A stretch of 64,000 bases of DNA from Vitrella brassicaformis CCMP3155 (taxonomy: Eukaryota > Protista > Chromerida), in contig CDMY01000301.1 of assembly GCA_001179505.1 (NCBI GenBank), forward strand, positions 1-64,000, read 5' to 3'. The notes under the pieces are model-generated. The model worked only from the letters and a program-made list of their open reading frames with translations. It had not been told where the DNA came from and did not search any database. Position 1 is the stretch's first letter. Every line of letters starts with the position of its first letter. Made by a program: the position numbers and the translations under genes. This document shows, piece by piece, positions 35,151 to 47,300 of the stretch.

Positions 35151-37388
35151 CAGACGGAGAGATGGAAAGGTGCTGCGTGTCCCCCGCTCCCTCATACGAT
35201 GTGTGTGGATACCTCCTCTTGTTGCGATGCGGTGGTAATGCCTGGGTAGGCCGGCATCATGAAACCGCTCGCCCCGCCCATCCCTGGGTATCCAACGCCC
35301 ACGCCCCCTGAACAAACACACACACACACACACACCCACACACCCACGCACACACACACACACACGTGGGTCGCATGAGCAGGAGAGCAGCCGTTGTGTG
35401 TGGGTGCATCTATCTGTCTTTGTCTGTCCCATCTCACTTTGCACAGGTGTGGACGGTGTAGCGAAGGGGTTGGACCGGTCGACAGCAGCCGGAGTCGCCC
35501 CTCCCACGGCCATCGGTCGGCTCTGCATCCCCATAGCTGACGCGTAGATGCCCCCGGGCATCCCCATGGCCCCCATCCCACCCACCCCTGCTGTGGCCAT
35601 GCGAGGGGTGGATGCGAAGTAGCTGGGGTTCTGCAGCCCACCAACACCATAACCCAACTGCGCTCGCTGACCGGCGTAGTAGCCCGGCGTGCTGGCGTAC
35701 AGGCCGCCCTGCGCCATGCCGGTGGGGTCATGGGGCATCTGCGGCTGCTGCGGCTGTTGCTGCATCTGAGACAGCAGCAGCATGGGGTTCTGCGGACTCA
35801 TTGAAGAAACGTTGGGCTGAGACGCAAAGGGCCCGGCTGGCGACGGCTGCGGCATGCCGTTGTGCATCCCCTGCATGCCCATCCCACCCATCATGCCCCC
35901 CTGCATGCCTCCCGGCTGCTGCTGCTGTTGCTGGAAGCCGCCGTAGCCGCCCATGGGGTTCATCATACCTTGCTGGCCGGCCATCCCCATCCCCTGCTGA
36001 CCTGGCATGCCCATGCCTTGCTGACCTGCCATGCCCATGCCCTGCTGCCCCATCATACCAGGCATACCCATCTGCCCGCCGCCCATGCCGCCCATGCCGC
36101 CCATTCCACCCATGGCACCCATACCTGGGCCCTGCTGCATGCCGCCGAAGCCTGACTGTTGCTGCGGCTGTCCCATCTGCTGCTGCTGTTGCTGCTGCTG
36201 CGGCATGTTCTGCTGACCAAACATGCCCATCATCCCCGGCATGCTCGGCGAAGGCGTCGCTCCACCACCTGAGCAAACACAACACAGCCATGAGCTGCCT
36301 TTTGTCCGGCTGTGTCTGTATGTGCCTACCTCCGAATGCGAATGCGTCACTGGCTGCGGTGAGATTGAGGTCTGGAGCCCTCCCACCTCCACCACCACCA
36401 CCACCCCCACCCCCACCACCTCGGCCCTTCTTGCTGCGGGATCGGGCGGGGGGCGTCTCCTCCTCCTCCTCAGTCCTACAAGTACACCACACACGACGGG
36501 CGAGGGATGTGAGGGTGGATGGGATGCGTCTGAGTGCGCATCACCCACTCTTCGTCTTCGGAGGGCGTGGGCGATCGGCGCCTCTGATGAACCACACATA
36601 CAGAAAAGCAAGTGTGAGGCTTTCTCTGCCCCCCGTGTGTCATTGCCCTCAGTCGCGCACCTCTTCTTTCTTTGTCTTCCTTGCGGTCCCGCTCTTGGGT
36701 GGCTTCACTGCACACATACAGACACACACACACACAGAGAGAGGGGCAGCAATGCGATGCGCTTGTACAATGGAAGCCGCACACCTTTCGACGCTTTTGT
36801 TTCCTTCTTTTCACTCCCACGCCTCTTTTTGCTGCGGCAGAAACAAACAGTCCGTCAAGGGGCGCGTGATTTTCTCCGGGCGGCCGGGAGGGAGGTAAGG
36901 TACCTAACGGTCGTACCTGCCGTATTTGTCTTCGAGTCTTGTCATTTCGTATTGGTCGAACCGGTCGTCGCCCACCTTTTTGGCCCCCTTGCCCTTCGCA
37001 CAAGTCGAACACAGGAACTCGTACTTGGTCGTGTCAACGTGAGTCACCGGCTATGCGCACACATTCGCACATGCAGGATGCACAACGCAACACACGCAAT
37101 GAATGCACTGTAATGCCGCCCTCCATCTCGTGAACTGTGACCGCCCCAACGACTGACTGACTGCTTGTCGGTTGTAACTTACCGATTTTTTGCATTTGGC
37201 GCATTTGTCGTTTTCTTTCATCCACTTGTAGAGCTTCTCCAGGTTCATGGCCTCCTCCAACTCCTGACGCACCCACCCCACCACCACACAGCACAGCACC
37301 CCAACAAACACGTGTGCATGATTCAATCGTCGGTCCTCCTGGCCTTTGTGCGGACCTCCTTGGATATCCCCAGGTCCCCGAGCGACAT
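35081..37388 (-). CDS. ArfGAP-like zinc-finger protein with a Q/M/G-rich low-complexity C-terminus and an NPF motif (AGFG-like architecture)
   Basis: After splicing, CAKC-x16-CSTC, then FDQYEMTRLEDKYG, a basic/acidic linker, a poly-G run, long QQQ/MGGMGG repeats, DRSNPFA, and the terminal exon PDWWE*. Confidence 0.7.
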
Positions 37389-37711
37389 GGTGATGGGAGA
37401 GGGTACGAGGGGAGCTGCCGCGACTGCCTCTGGTCAAATGACGTTGATGGCGAGGGCTCTTGTCGCCGCCTGGGCACAAATAGCAGGAGAAGCCTTTCAA
37501 TCGCACGAGGGCCTCTTCATGGCCATGTCCTTACCTGTTTCAAATCAGCCTTGCTTGCCAGAACCGACGTCTGCTCACCGCTCCCCTTTGGCACGCAGCT
37601 CGCAAAAGGGGGAGAGAAAGAGGAGGGAAAGGGACTGAGCGGCCACCCGGGAAAAGTAGTACGTACGATTCTCCTTCGAGTTGGTGCCTCCCTCGTCAGT
37701 CAGGTGAGGCA

Positions 37712-39822
37712 ATGGATGATGAACGCGAAAGGCCGAGGTTCACGCTGACCTGGATGATCTGCAGAATGGTCCATCTGTGCGTCAGGTGGCGGCAGGAGAT
37801 GTTGATGGTGCTGTTTGCATGGGCCATGGTGGCCCTGATGTGTGTGGTGTCGAGAGGTGACAAGGCGGTGCTGCTGGGAGCGCACAGCCCACACGGCATC
37901 AGCCCGTCATACCCCAATCAGCAAGACGCATCTGCTGCCGGCGGTGCACTGGACGCGCTTACGACCCATAACACTATGACCGTCCCATCACTTGCTTGGT
38001 CCAGTCAGAGGTGAGGTCCCCGCCCACAAAACCAAAGACTGACTGACTGACTGACTGACGGGACTGTTGCCTGTCGTGTGTGTGTGTGATCAGGTTGTTT
38101 AAGGATTCGTTTGTTGAGCTGCCCGCTGCGGTGGACTTCTCGTACGTCACCAGCCTCATCGATGCCCTCCTGCAACGACACGCGGTATCACACACACACA
38201 CACACACACACAACTGCTCAGTAGAGCTGACGGCGACGGCAATAATTGTGAGTGTTATGTGTGAATCGAAACCGTGACTCATTCATACAGCATGAGGCCC
38301 TTGTCTCCAACACGGGCCGCAAGCCGCCTGTCGTGGTTCTCTTTGTTCAGCCGGAGGTGAGCTAACACGCTGACTGACAGTTTGGCACGACTGTGTGTCG
38401 TCCGTCATGGTGCATTCATGTGTGTGTGTATCTGTGCCATGCCATCCATGAGTGCAGCTGGGCACTCCAAGTTTTGTGCAGCAGCTGAGTGGGGGTCAGA
38501 GTGCCTTCGTCTCGCTCAAGGTGGGCTGGTGGGGTGGGGTGGGCAAGGGAAATGAAACCGAGAGAGAAACTTTCAAGGCAGGCGTGGCGTGGCTGCTGCA
38601 CGTGACGTGCATCATGCATGGATCAAATGTTGATCTTTGGTCAGGGTTTGGTGGCCTCGTCGGCGTGTGCCTTGTCAGTGCCCTACACACTGCCGCCCGC
38701 ACGCCGCGTGTCGGACCTGCTCGCACACTACAAGCAACACGCATACTACCTCACCAGTCAGTCAGCTACTCACCCAGCCAGCCAGCCAGCCAGCCGGGCA
38801 CTCACTGATGCTGTCTACGGCATGCATGGGTCAGCAATGAATGTGACGTGGTGTGATGCCATGCGGTGTGCAGGTGATCCCGACTCGGCCCCGTCAGGCT
38901 ATGAGGTGGAGTCCATCGGCCAGGACCCTGAGCTGCTGCTCGCGGCCGAACCCAAACTCATTATTGTCGACCTCAAGGGCATCAAACAACCTGGTCTGTC
39001 CGCACAGCGGGACGGCGAGAGAATCAACAAGTCAGTCGATCCCGTGTCTTCTGTTCTGCCTGTTTCAGGATCGTTTGTGTCGGAGTTCAGCAGCCGTGTG
39101 TCGGAGCTGACACACAAGAACTACGTGGGAATACTCACCGCCCAGGTCACTCAACCAACAGCCACAACACAGACAGACAGGCTGCCAACGTACCTGTTTG
39201 TCTGTCACCGATTGTGCGTGTCTCATTCAGGCCCCTGAGCACGGTGCGGTGTCAGGTTTTGTGCAGTCGAGGGCACTGCAGGAGGACAGACAAAACGCGA
39301 GACTAATCGGTAAGCACAGCAAACAAACACCATGGGAGGGACGGAGGGGAGGGGAGGAATGCACATGAGGTTCCATGTAATATATCGTTGGGCCGTTTCA
39401 GAGGCACCCGACCGGGGCGCGAGTAATGCGACGGCGGCCAAGGCCGCGGCCACCAATCTCCCTGGCGTCTCCGGCCAACAGGCGGCCGCAGACCAACCTG
39501 CCTTCAGAATACACCCGGTATGGATCGATCATATATGGCACCGTGTTGACATCCAGTGTTTCAGCCAGCCAGGGGGGTGTGTTGTGTTCTTGTTTGTTAC
39601 CGTCCCTGCAGATGGGACTGTCGGCTCTGCTGATGAGTGCCATGTTTGTGTTCACTCTCCTCGCCGCCCTCACCTGCATGATGTCAGTCGACGTCCCCAC
39701 AGGTACCGTACACATGCTGCCTGGTGGCTCAAGCACCACGTAATCAAGTCTCTCTCTCTCTCTGTGTGTGTGTCGTGTCAGTGTACGAGGATAAGTGCCT
39801 GTCCATAGCTAAGGAGTACTGA
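37712..39822 (+). CDS. Putative V-ATPase accessory subunit S1 (Ac45/VOA1)-like type I membrane protein
   Basis: N-terminal hydrophobic signal (MLMVLFAWAMVALMCVVS), lumenal exons, and C-terminal RIHPMGLSALLMSAMFVFTLLAALTCMMSVDVPTVYEDKCLSIAKEY*, which resembles the Ac45-VOA1 TM/tail pattern (..P..LMGL....C...TP..FED). Confidence 0.55.
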
Positions 39823-40307
39823 GGTCCGGCTGGCGAAGAGAGGGATTTCAGCAGCCAGCGGCAGTTGACGACGACAGCACTTTTTGTCATGCACACGTGT
39901 GGCGGGGCGGCCGTCGTTTTTCTGTGTAGTCTGCGTATGCCTTCCTGCCTGCCTGCCCGGTGTGTGTCTTAAGGAGACGAGCTTGTACATATCCTTACTG
40001 ACTCGTGTGACTGACTGACTGACTGAATGGTGGATGAGACGTTACACACATACATACATCCCTACATACAAATTTGTAAGGCTACTTGCTCAGTGCTGGC
40101 AGGCACCACCCCGGCGCCACCCATTCACTCGTTCACCCCCCATGCACACTCATGGACGCACCGCACCCATCAGTCCATTCACAGAGATGGTGAGCGACAC
40201 TCACGCACTCACCCACTCACTCACTGTCCGTATCTGTCTGTCTGTCTGTCTATGTACAAGCCCGCCAGCCCGCATATTGGAGGCGTGCGGTGTGTCTGGA
40301 GTGTCAG

Positions 40308-41527
40308 TCAGGATACGTTGTGCTCTACAAACTTTGGTACGGCCTTCTCGACCAACACATCCACCAACTCATCCTCGTACACTGGCTTGGGCACCTGAAC
40401 ACAACACACACAACGCACAACAAGCAACATGTGCACCCTCGTCGGCTGTGCATGGCTGCCTGGCTGTCCCCTGACCTGCACGATTTGGCTGAGTTCGTGT
40501 AGGTAGACCTTTGGCACCTCAACGACGTTCTCAACAATCTTGGTCTCCACCTGACACACACCAGACAGACAGACAGACGACATGCATGCAGCTGTGACTT
40601 ATATCCCAGGTCCTTGGTATCTCCCTCTCTGTGGTCATTCCTCTCCTGTCAGTCACCTTTGGCACCGTGACTATCTTCTGAATGGGTTTCTCGATGACCA
40701 GCGTGTGAGGCACCTCCACAATCTTCTCCACATACTGCACACACCACACACCCACGCCAGCAACAATGCAGGCCCCGCCACCTAGGGCCCCGTCTATGTG
40801 TGCCGCACCTTGGTCTCACGCACCGGCACCAACTTGACTTTCTGTCGGAGACAATCCCAGGCAGACAGGCAGGCAGGCAGGCAGGCAAGCATGTTGTCCT
40901 GCGTACCTCGACGGGGACTTCGACGACTTCAATTTTGGGCACCGACTTGACGACCTCCTCCACCTGGGGCACCACGACGGGCCGGTCCACGGTCACCACC
41001 TCCTTGACATACTCGTACCTAAGACACACGACAACATACACACAACATCGACACGAATGGATGTCTTGTCCTTCCCTCCTGACTGCGGCCCACCCCACCT
41101 GGGGACGACTTTGAGAGTCGGTTTGGGTATGATCTTTGTTTCGTATTGTATGTCGAGCTTGGGTACCTCCTTGATGACCTCCTCGTCAACGTGGCGCTCT
41201 ATGATGCGGTCCACAGTCTGCACTATCGGCACCTCCACCACACGCTCAACATACTCTGATGGAAACAACCACCCGCCAACACACCACAGCACCTAGGGGT
41301 ACAGAGCTGCAACCATTCATTTGTCATGTGTGTTGGATGCCTATAGCCTCCACTCACCGTATACGGGCTTGCGGACCTCACGCACAACGTACTTCCGCTG
41401 GCAACGAAAAGAACACCACAACACATGGACACGGACGTGTGATGGCTGGGATGTTGTCGGATCTGCAGCAAGGTACCTCCACCCTCAGGTTATGGACCTC
41501 ATCCCGCGCAGGGGCATCTGACGCCAT
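40308..41527 (-). CDS. Alveolin / IMC1-like cortical cytoskeleton protein
   Basis: Repeats EYVERVVEVP, YVEKIVEVP, ETKIVENVVEVP, VREVRKPVY and KIEVVEVPVE. Gene ends are approximate. Confidence 0.9.
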
Positions 41528-41625
41528 CGCACACCGCCCCAAATCCAAAAAAAACAAAATATTTGGATCGCGACCGTTGTTGGCCGTGTTCCTTCCCTCC
41601 CCTCCCCCATCGTCCATCTCAAAAG

Positions 41626-43950
41626 ATGGTGGTTTCCCTTCTTCATGTTGTTGTCTTGGCTATTCTGATAGCGAGGCATATCTCCCAAGCCCCCCCGCTC
41701 TCATCCATCGATGTCCTCGAGCAGCAGGAGACGCACGTCGTCAAGGTCCTCTGTACACACACGGATTGACCACCTCGTGCGAGACTGTGTGTTTTCTGGT
41801 CGTGTGTGTATGGTTGCGTGTGTGCGTGTGCAGGACATGCTATGCGCTTTGTTCCCCGCCACGTGCTATCTTCCGCGGTCTCCCTCCCCCTTCCTCAAGG
41901 CGCCCTATTTGAGGTACGAGCCTGACCTGAGTGACGAATTTGAGTACACCAACGGGAGGCACACATCATCCCACCGACCCCTAAAGGGATTGAACGAGTC
42001 CAAGTGGGATGTCCGTGCTGACGACTGTGGTATTGGCGAGGACACCATGTGCTCGGCTGACAATGTCAAGGTGGAGGGCGGCCTCCTGAAGCTCAGGGGG
42101 CGGCTGGAGGGCCCCCTCGCGCTCGGTGCGGGCATCGTCGCCAAGAGGCCCATGACGGACGGTGCCTGTGAGGTCAAACTGCGCTTTGAAGACAGGTATA
42201 CGCCGACCGAGTGGGGGTGAATGCAGACACCAACAGACATACCATGCTTTGTCTGTCTTTGTGTCCTTGTCGTCTCCCGTGGCTGACATCTGCAGGTTTG
42301 GGTGGCACGAGGTAGGCAGTCTCACTTCAGTGTCGGTGTGGGTGCATCTCTTTTCCCTGCCTGCCCGCCTGGCTGCCTGCCTGTAAACCTCCAGGCAGCG
42401 TGGGCGAGGGGCATGCCTGCGATGGTATCACGGGGGCAGTACGATTGGGGGATATTCAATCGCCTGGAGATCGATATGTAAGTGAGCACAACAAATAGAT
42501 GCTCGCTCCAGCCATGCCGCATCGATATGTATGTATGTATGTATGTATGTGTGCATGATCGGCATGTTCGGTGTGACTTCAACAGGTTTGAGGTATGCAT
42601 CCATCGATCATACGTGACTGACGCTCATACGTGGCTGACATCCGTCTCTCTACCTGTCTGGCTGTCTGTCTGTCTGTCTGTCTCTTGTGTGTGTGGGTAT
42701 GTGGGTATGTCCATCTATCATCCATCAGAATTGGTTCAATGGGCACATGACCCAGGGCGGCTACATGTGGCTGGGCCGACAAGAGACATCGCGAGCAAAG
42801 CGGAAGCCTTTCTTCCGTGCAGACGGCAAGACATTCATCGGACACGTCCCCTTCAGCGGCCAAGAGACGTAAGTAAGGCAGGGCTTTCTGCTGGTGGCCC
42901 TCGGGGCGGGCCAGCCATCAAGAGCATGCCGATACATACACCTTGTTCAACCTACTCAGCTTTTCCTATCGTGTTCAGGTACCCGTTTAAAGGGCCCCTG
43001 TCAGCCATCCCTGACCCACACAAGTGGCACATCTACGGGTACGAAGCCAACGATCAGTACTGGGCTTTCTATCTCGATGGCGAGCTCATGTACGGCGGCA
43101 AGAGGCAAATCATCGACGTCCGTGACATACACGCGCTGCCAAACTTCCACTGCCAAGTAAGTGAGGCAGTGCGGCAGTCAGGTCGATCGAGGGCCCGACA
43201 GACAGACAGACAGACAGACAGACACCCACACGTATTTGTGTATGTGTGGATGCACCCATCCGTCCGTCCGTCCGTCCGTCCTCGAATCAGCACTTCCTGA
43301 TGCTAAATGTGCTGGCCACCAAGGGGCCGTCTTTGCGTGACGGCATCGAGCCTAGCGGTCGCATGGACGTGGACTGGGTCAGGTGCTACTCGTACAATGA
43401 CGAAGTGGGGGCGGCCTCGTCGCACATCTGGCGGCTCTGGCAGACCTACCCTCGAGTGCTGCCCGACTGCGTCACCGGTGCGGACATCGGCATACACAGA
43501 CCCATTGTCTCGGAACAACACACATGTCGTCTCGTTGCCATGTGTGTCTGATGCTCGCAGACCCCATGCGTGAGAGTGACCGGTGGAGGAAATGGCCCAA
43601 CGGCAGCTGCAGGTAAGTCGGACACACAGGAGCCAGCCAGCCTGCCATGCCCCTGGCATACAGTCACTCGTATTATCCATGTATGTATGTATGGGGGTGT
43701 GTGTGCGTGTAGGTGGCACGACGTGGTCATCAATGGGGGCGGCAGCGGTGCTGGCGAGACAGACGAGGGGAGCCAGCTGACGGCTGCTGCCGCGATGCGA
43801 CATTTGTGGACGGAGACCGGCCTTATGGCCGAAGATATTGCACCCATTTGCCTTGCGCTGCGGGACAGGGAGGCCGGCGAGCGGCCTGCGAATTTGGGCA
43901 ACGCGTCGTGGGTGCCTCTGGCTTATGCCGCCTGTGCTAGTATGGCATGA
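41626..43950 (+). CDS. Secreted glycoside hydrolase family 16 (beta-glucanase/galactanase-like)
   Basis: Signal peptide MVVSLLHVVVLAILIA. DLSDEF..SKWD..DNVKVEGGLLKL; FGWHEAAW; catalytic EIDMFE, completed by micro-exon 42586-42592; WHIYGYE..FYLDG; FLMLN; MDVDWVRCY. Confidence 0.88.
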
Positions 43951-44391
43951 TCCATTCGTGTGTGTGTGTGTGTGTGCATCCACGACGCCACGCGTGGTAA
44001 TACTATTATATCAGGCAGTGTGCCATTAGAGACGAGACGAGCCGCGGCCGAATCGCCCTGGACTAGAGAGATAATGCCCACACCTGTGTACGTAACGCAT
44101 CTATTTATAAGTCGCGGCTGTATGCATGCATGAAGGCTCATGGCGATTGACTGGTGTTTTTACCGGCCTCGTCCAGGTGCGACGTGCTGTGCTGCACGAC
44201 AGACTGACTGACTTCGTGACGCATTTCTTCTCAATTCCCCTCCCCCGCGCACCCGCCATGTTTCGGTACGCATGGCATTTAGGCAGTCTGTGTGCGGTTC
44301 GTGTGTGCATGGTGAAGCAGCGAGACGGCGGTCAGACCGCCTTCGAATAGCTGACATGCACATTGCAATTGAGATCTGTAGCTGCCACACT

Positions 44392-47300
44392 GTCAGTCAG
44401 GGCAGGGCCATTTGGCTTTTTCAACATCCCGCTGAGCTTATTCAGTGGCTTCGTGAAAGCTTAAGACCACGTCCTGGGTCTGGCTCTGCTGAGAAAAGAT
44501 CTTCCAGGCCAAACTGGCCGAGCCTCGGCGATCGTCGTGGAAGCGAGCTGTGGATATTATCTGAAGAAAGGAAAGCTTTGCTCTGTTGTTGGTACCAAAC
44601 TATCGTTGTCGGTTGTCGAAAGCGAACCGGGCTCAGCACGGCGAGCAATTTCCGAGCAGTGCGGGCACCGTCCGTCAGTCATGGTTCGGAAGGTGAGTGT
44701 GCACCGATGCAGTCAGTGCATGAGGCGAGGAATGCATGGCATTGCACATACTGACGAACGGGAAGGCAGAAAGGAACGCACAACCATGCATGCAGTCCTC
44801 AGGGCGTTTTATTCCTCGACAGTGCAATGTTGCGTCGACTCCTGGGGGATTCACACTCTATGGATTCTGTTTGGTTTGTGTGGCCATTGTTGCATCAGGG
44901 AGGCGAGAAGGGCTATGACGCGCCGGTCCGCACCAAGAAGACCACCACCAAAACAAATGGGCCGGCCAGAAGGTGCGCACGCCGCTTCAGGTTCCTCATG
45001 TCTGCAGATGCATTCAGATGCATGCATGGTGCAATTGCTGGCTGGTGTACATGTATGTAATCAATGCAGGTGGTCAAGAGCAGCTCTGCCGCCGCCAGAC
45101 GCAGGACCACAGCAGGGCCCAGCGTGGGGGGCAGTGCGGGGCAGAGCAAGGCAGCGGGCAAGTCTGTCCGTCCACAGCTCACGGAGGAGGACCTCAAAAA
45201 CCCAAAGATACAGCAAATGCTCTGCAACGCCCAAAACGAGGTCAGCTAGCGGGGAGCCGGAGAAATAGAAGGGCAGAGAGACGAGAATGCATTGAACTGG
45301 TGTTCGTCGGTTGTCTGGTGTGCCCTTGTTTGTGTGGCAATCAATCTCTGTATACAATACATGCAGGAGTTGTTTCGCATCCCCGCAGACTGGACCCGCT
45401 ACGAGCCGGACGATCCGACGTGGGACGAGATCCGTGTCAAGATCGCTAAGCGTCTGCTGGGGTGTGTGACGGGCCTCAACATGCGCCCTAGCACCGTCTT
45501 CTTCGCCATGCGTCTCTTCGACAGGTTCTGGTACAAAGGTACGGAGGGAGGGACCGAAGGGACGCAGTCAAACCACTCATAGATACACGTGTTTGTGTGC
45601 GTGTACATGGTGTGCTGTCCGCTGTGTCTTGCTTGGTCTGCTCTGTTGTTCTGTGTACAGTGAGCATGTTGCGCTGGGAGGATCTCAACTTCGGCATCAA
45701 ACTGGCGAACACCAACTACAGCGTCAAACTCATCAGCAACACATACCTGGTAGGTCGGTAGCTTGAGGAAAGAAAGGCCATTGTCTCGGTTGGCTGACAC
45801 GCACTCATTCATCGTGTGTGCATGACATTCGCCGCACCCACCCACCCACCCACCCAATGGTTGTGTTGTGTTGATTGGTCTGGCTGGCTGGCTGCACCGG
45901 ATGGATGGAGTGCAGGTGGCCCACGGATGTCTGTGGCTGGGGGCCAAGTTGATGGAGGCCGAGGTGCAGGTGGCTGCCAAGCACATCAAGGTCCTCAACA
46001 AGGCTAGCCCCAAGAAATACACGGAGCAGTGTTTGGAGAATATGGAGTGGTGCATCTTCGAGTGAGCGGAGGGAGCCACCACTGGAGACACGGACGGAGG
46101 GAGGGAGGGAGGGAGGGAGGGAGGGAGGGAGAGGGGAATGAGACAGACAGACAGATAGACAGACAGAAAGTCGACTGATGTATGTACACTGTCCACGGCC
46201 ACCACCCCATTCCATTTTGTCTGTGTCTGTCTCGGCAGGGCCTTGGACTTCAACTTGGCGAGCGGCAATGAGTACACGTACGTTGAGGTCATGAGTAAGA
46301 CGGCGGGGCTCGCTACCGGCTCCAAGGCCCTCGAGTTGGCCCACCGCATCACGGTAGCAAGATAGGAAGAATGAATGCGCAACAAGGAAAAATCGTGTGT
46401 CTCTTTGTTTTAAGGAACTGGCCCTGTTGTCCTTCAACTTCGTCAAGTACACGCCCCGCATCATCGCAGTACGTCGGCCCGCAGTCACACACACACACAC
46501 ACACACACAGAGAGAGAGACAGAGAGAGACAACTCACACACATGTCTGTGTTGCTCAAATGCCCCCAGGCGGCGGCCGTGTGTGTGGCCCGTCATCTCGA
46601 GTTACACGCCAAGGGCGCTGAATGGGTGGGTGGGAGGGGCCAAATAGGCAGGCAGACAGACAAGACACTCCGATGCAACGACTAGACGACACAGTCTGGT
46701 TGTGGAGGCCTCTGTGTGGGTGTATGCATTTGTGGCCTTCAGACGGACGAGTTGGTGCATCTGACCCGCCTCACTGCGTCTGACATATCCGGCTGCGTGC
46801 AGGAGATGGCATCCTACCTCCCGGCGCACCTCGAAACACCAGACAACACGATAAAGATCGACATATGACGGTGTGGAAGCAACCATACTCGTTGGCCTCC
46901 TCAACCATGTGTGATTTCTTGATGTGTGCTTTCCTTCCTGTACAGGCATTCAAGATCGCTGACAGGGAGGGCTTGGCTCCATACATGGATGAGGGGTGGA
47001 TGGATGTGACGGATAGATAGACAGACGCCCATAATGGTCGCGTGTTCATGTGTGGTTCAATGACAGTGACAATGCCAAGTGCGATGTGCATGAATGCGAG
47101 TGCTAATTAATTACCCACCCCATCCCCATGCCCCTCCCACCCACTCAGCCACGGGTCACCCACTCGCTCATCTACTGTCAATTGTCTGTCTGTCGGCCTA
47201 CACGAGTGAGTGCACTAAGGGCACACAAGCGCATGCCATGCCTCTTCCACACTAAGACAACGCAGCGTCTTGTGCTCAAACAGGCTAGCTACGGCTGTCT

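Noticed and set aside
34917-36898. Long ORFs 34917-36611 (-) and 35612-36898 (+) as single-exon genes
   Set aside because: The minus ORF runs through introns of the ArfGAP-like gene; the plus ORF is the antisense shadow of a GC-rich repeat exon.
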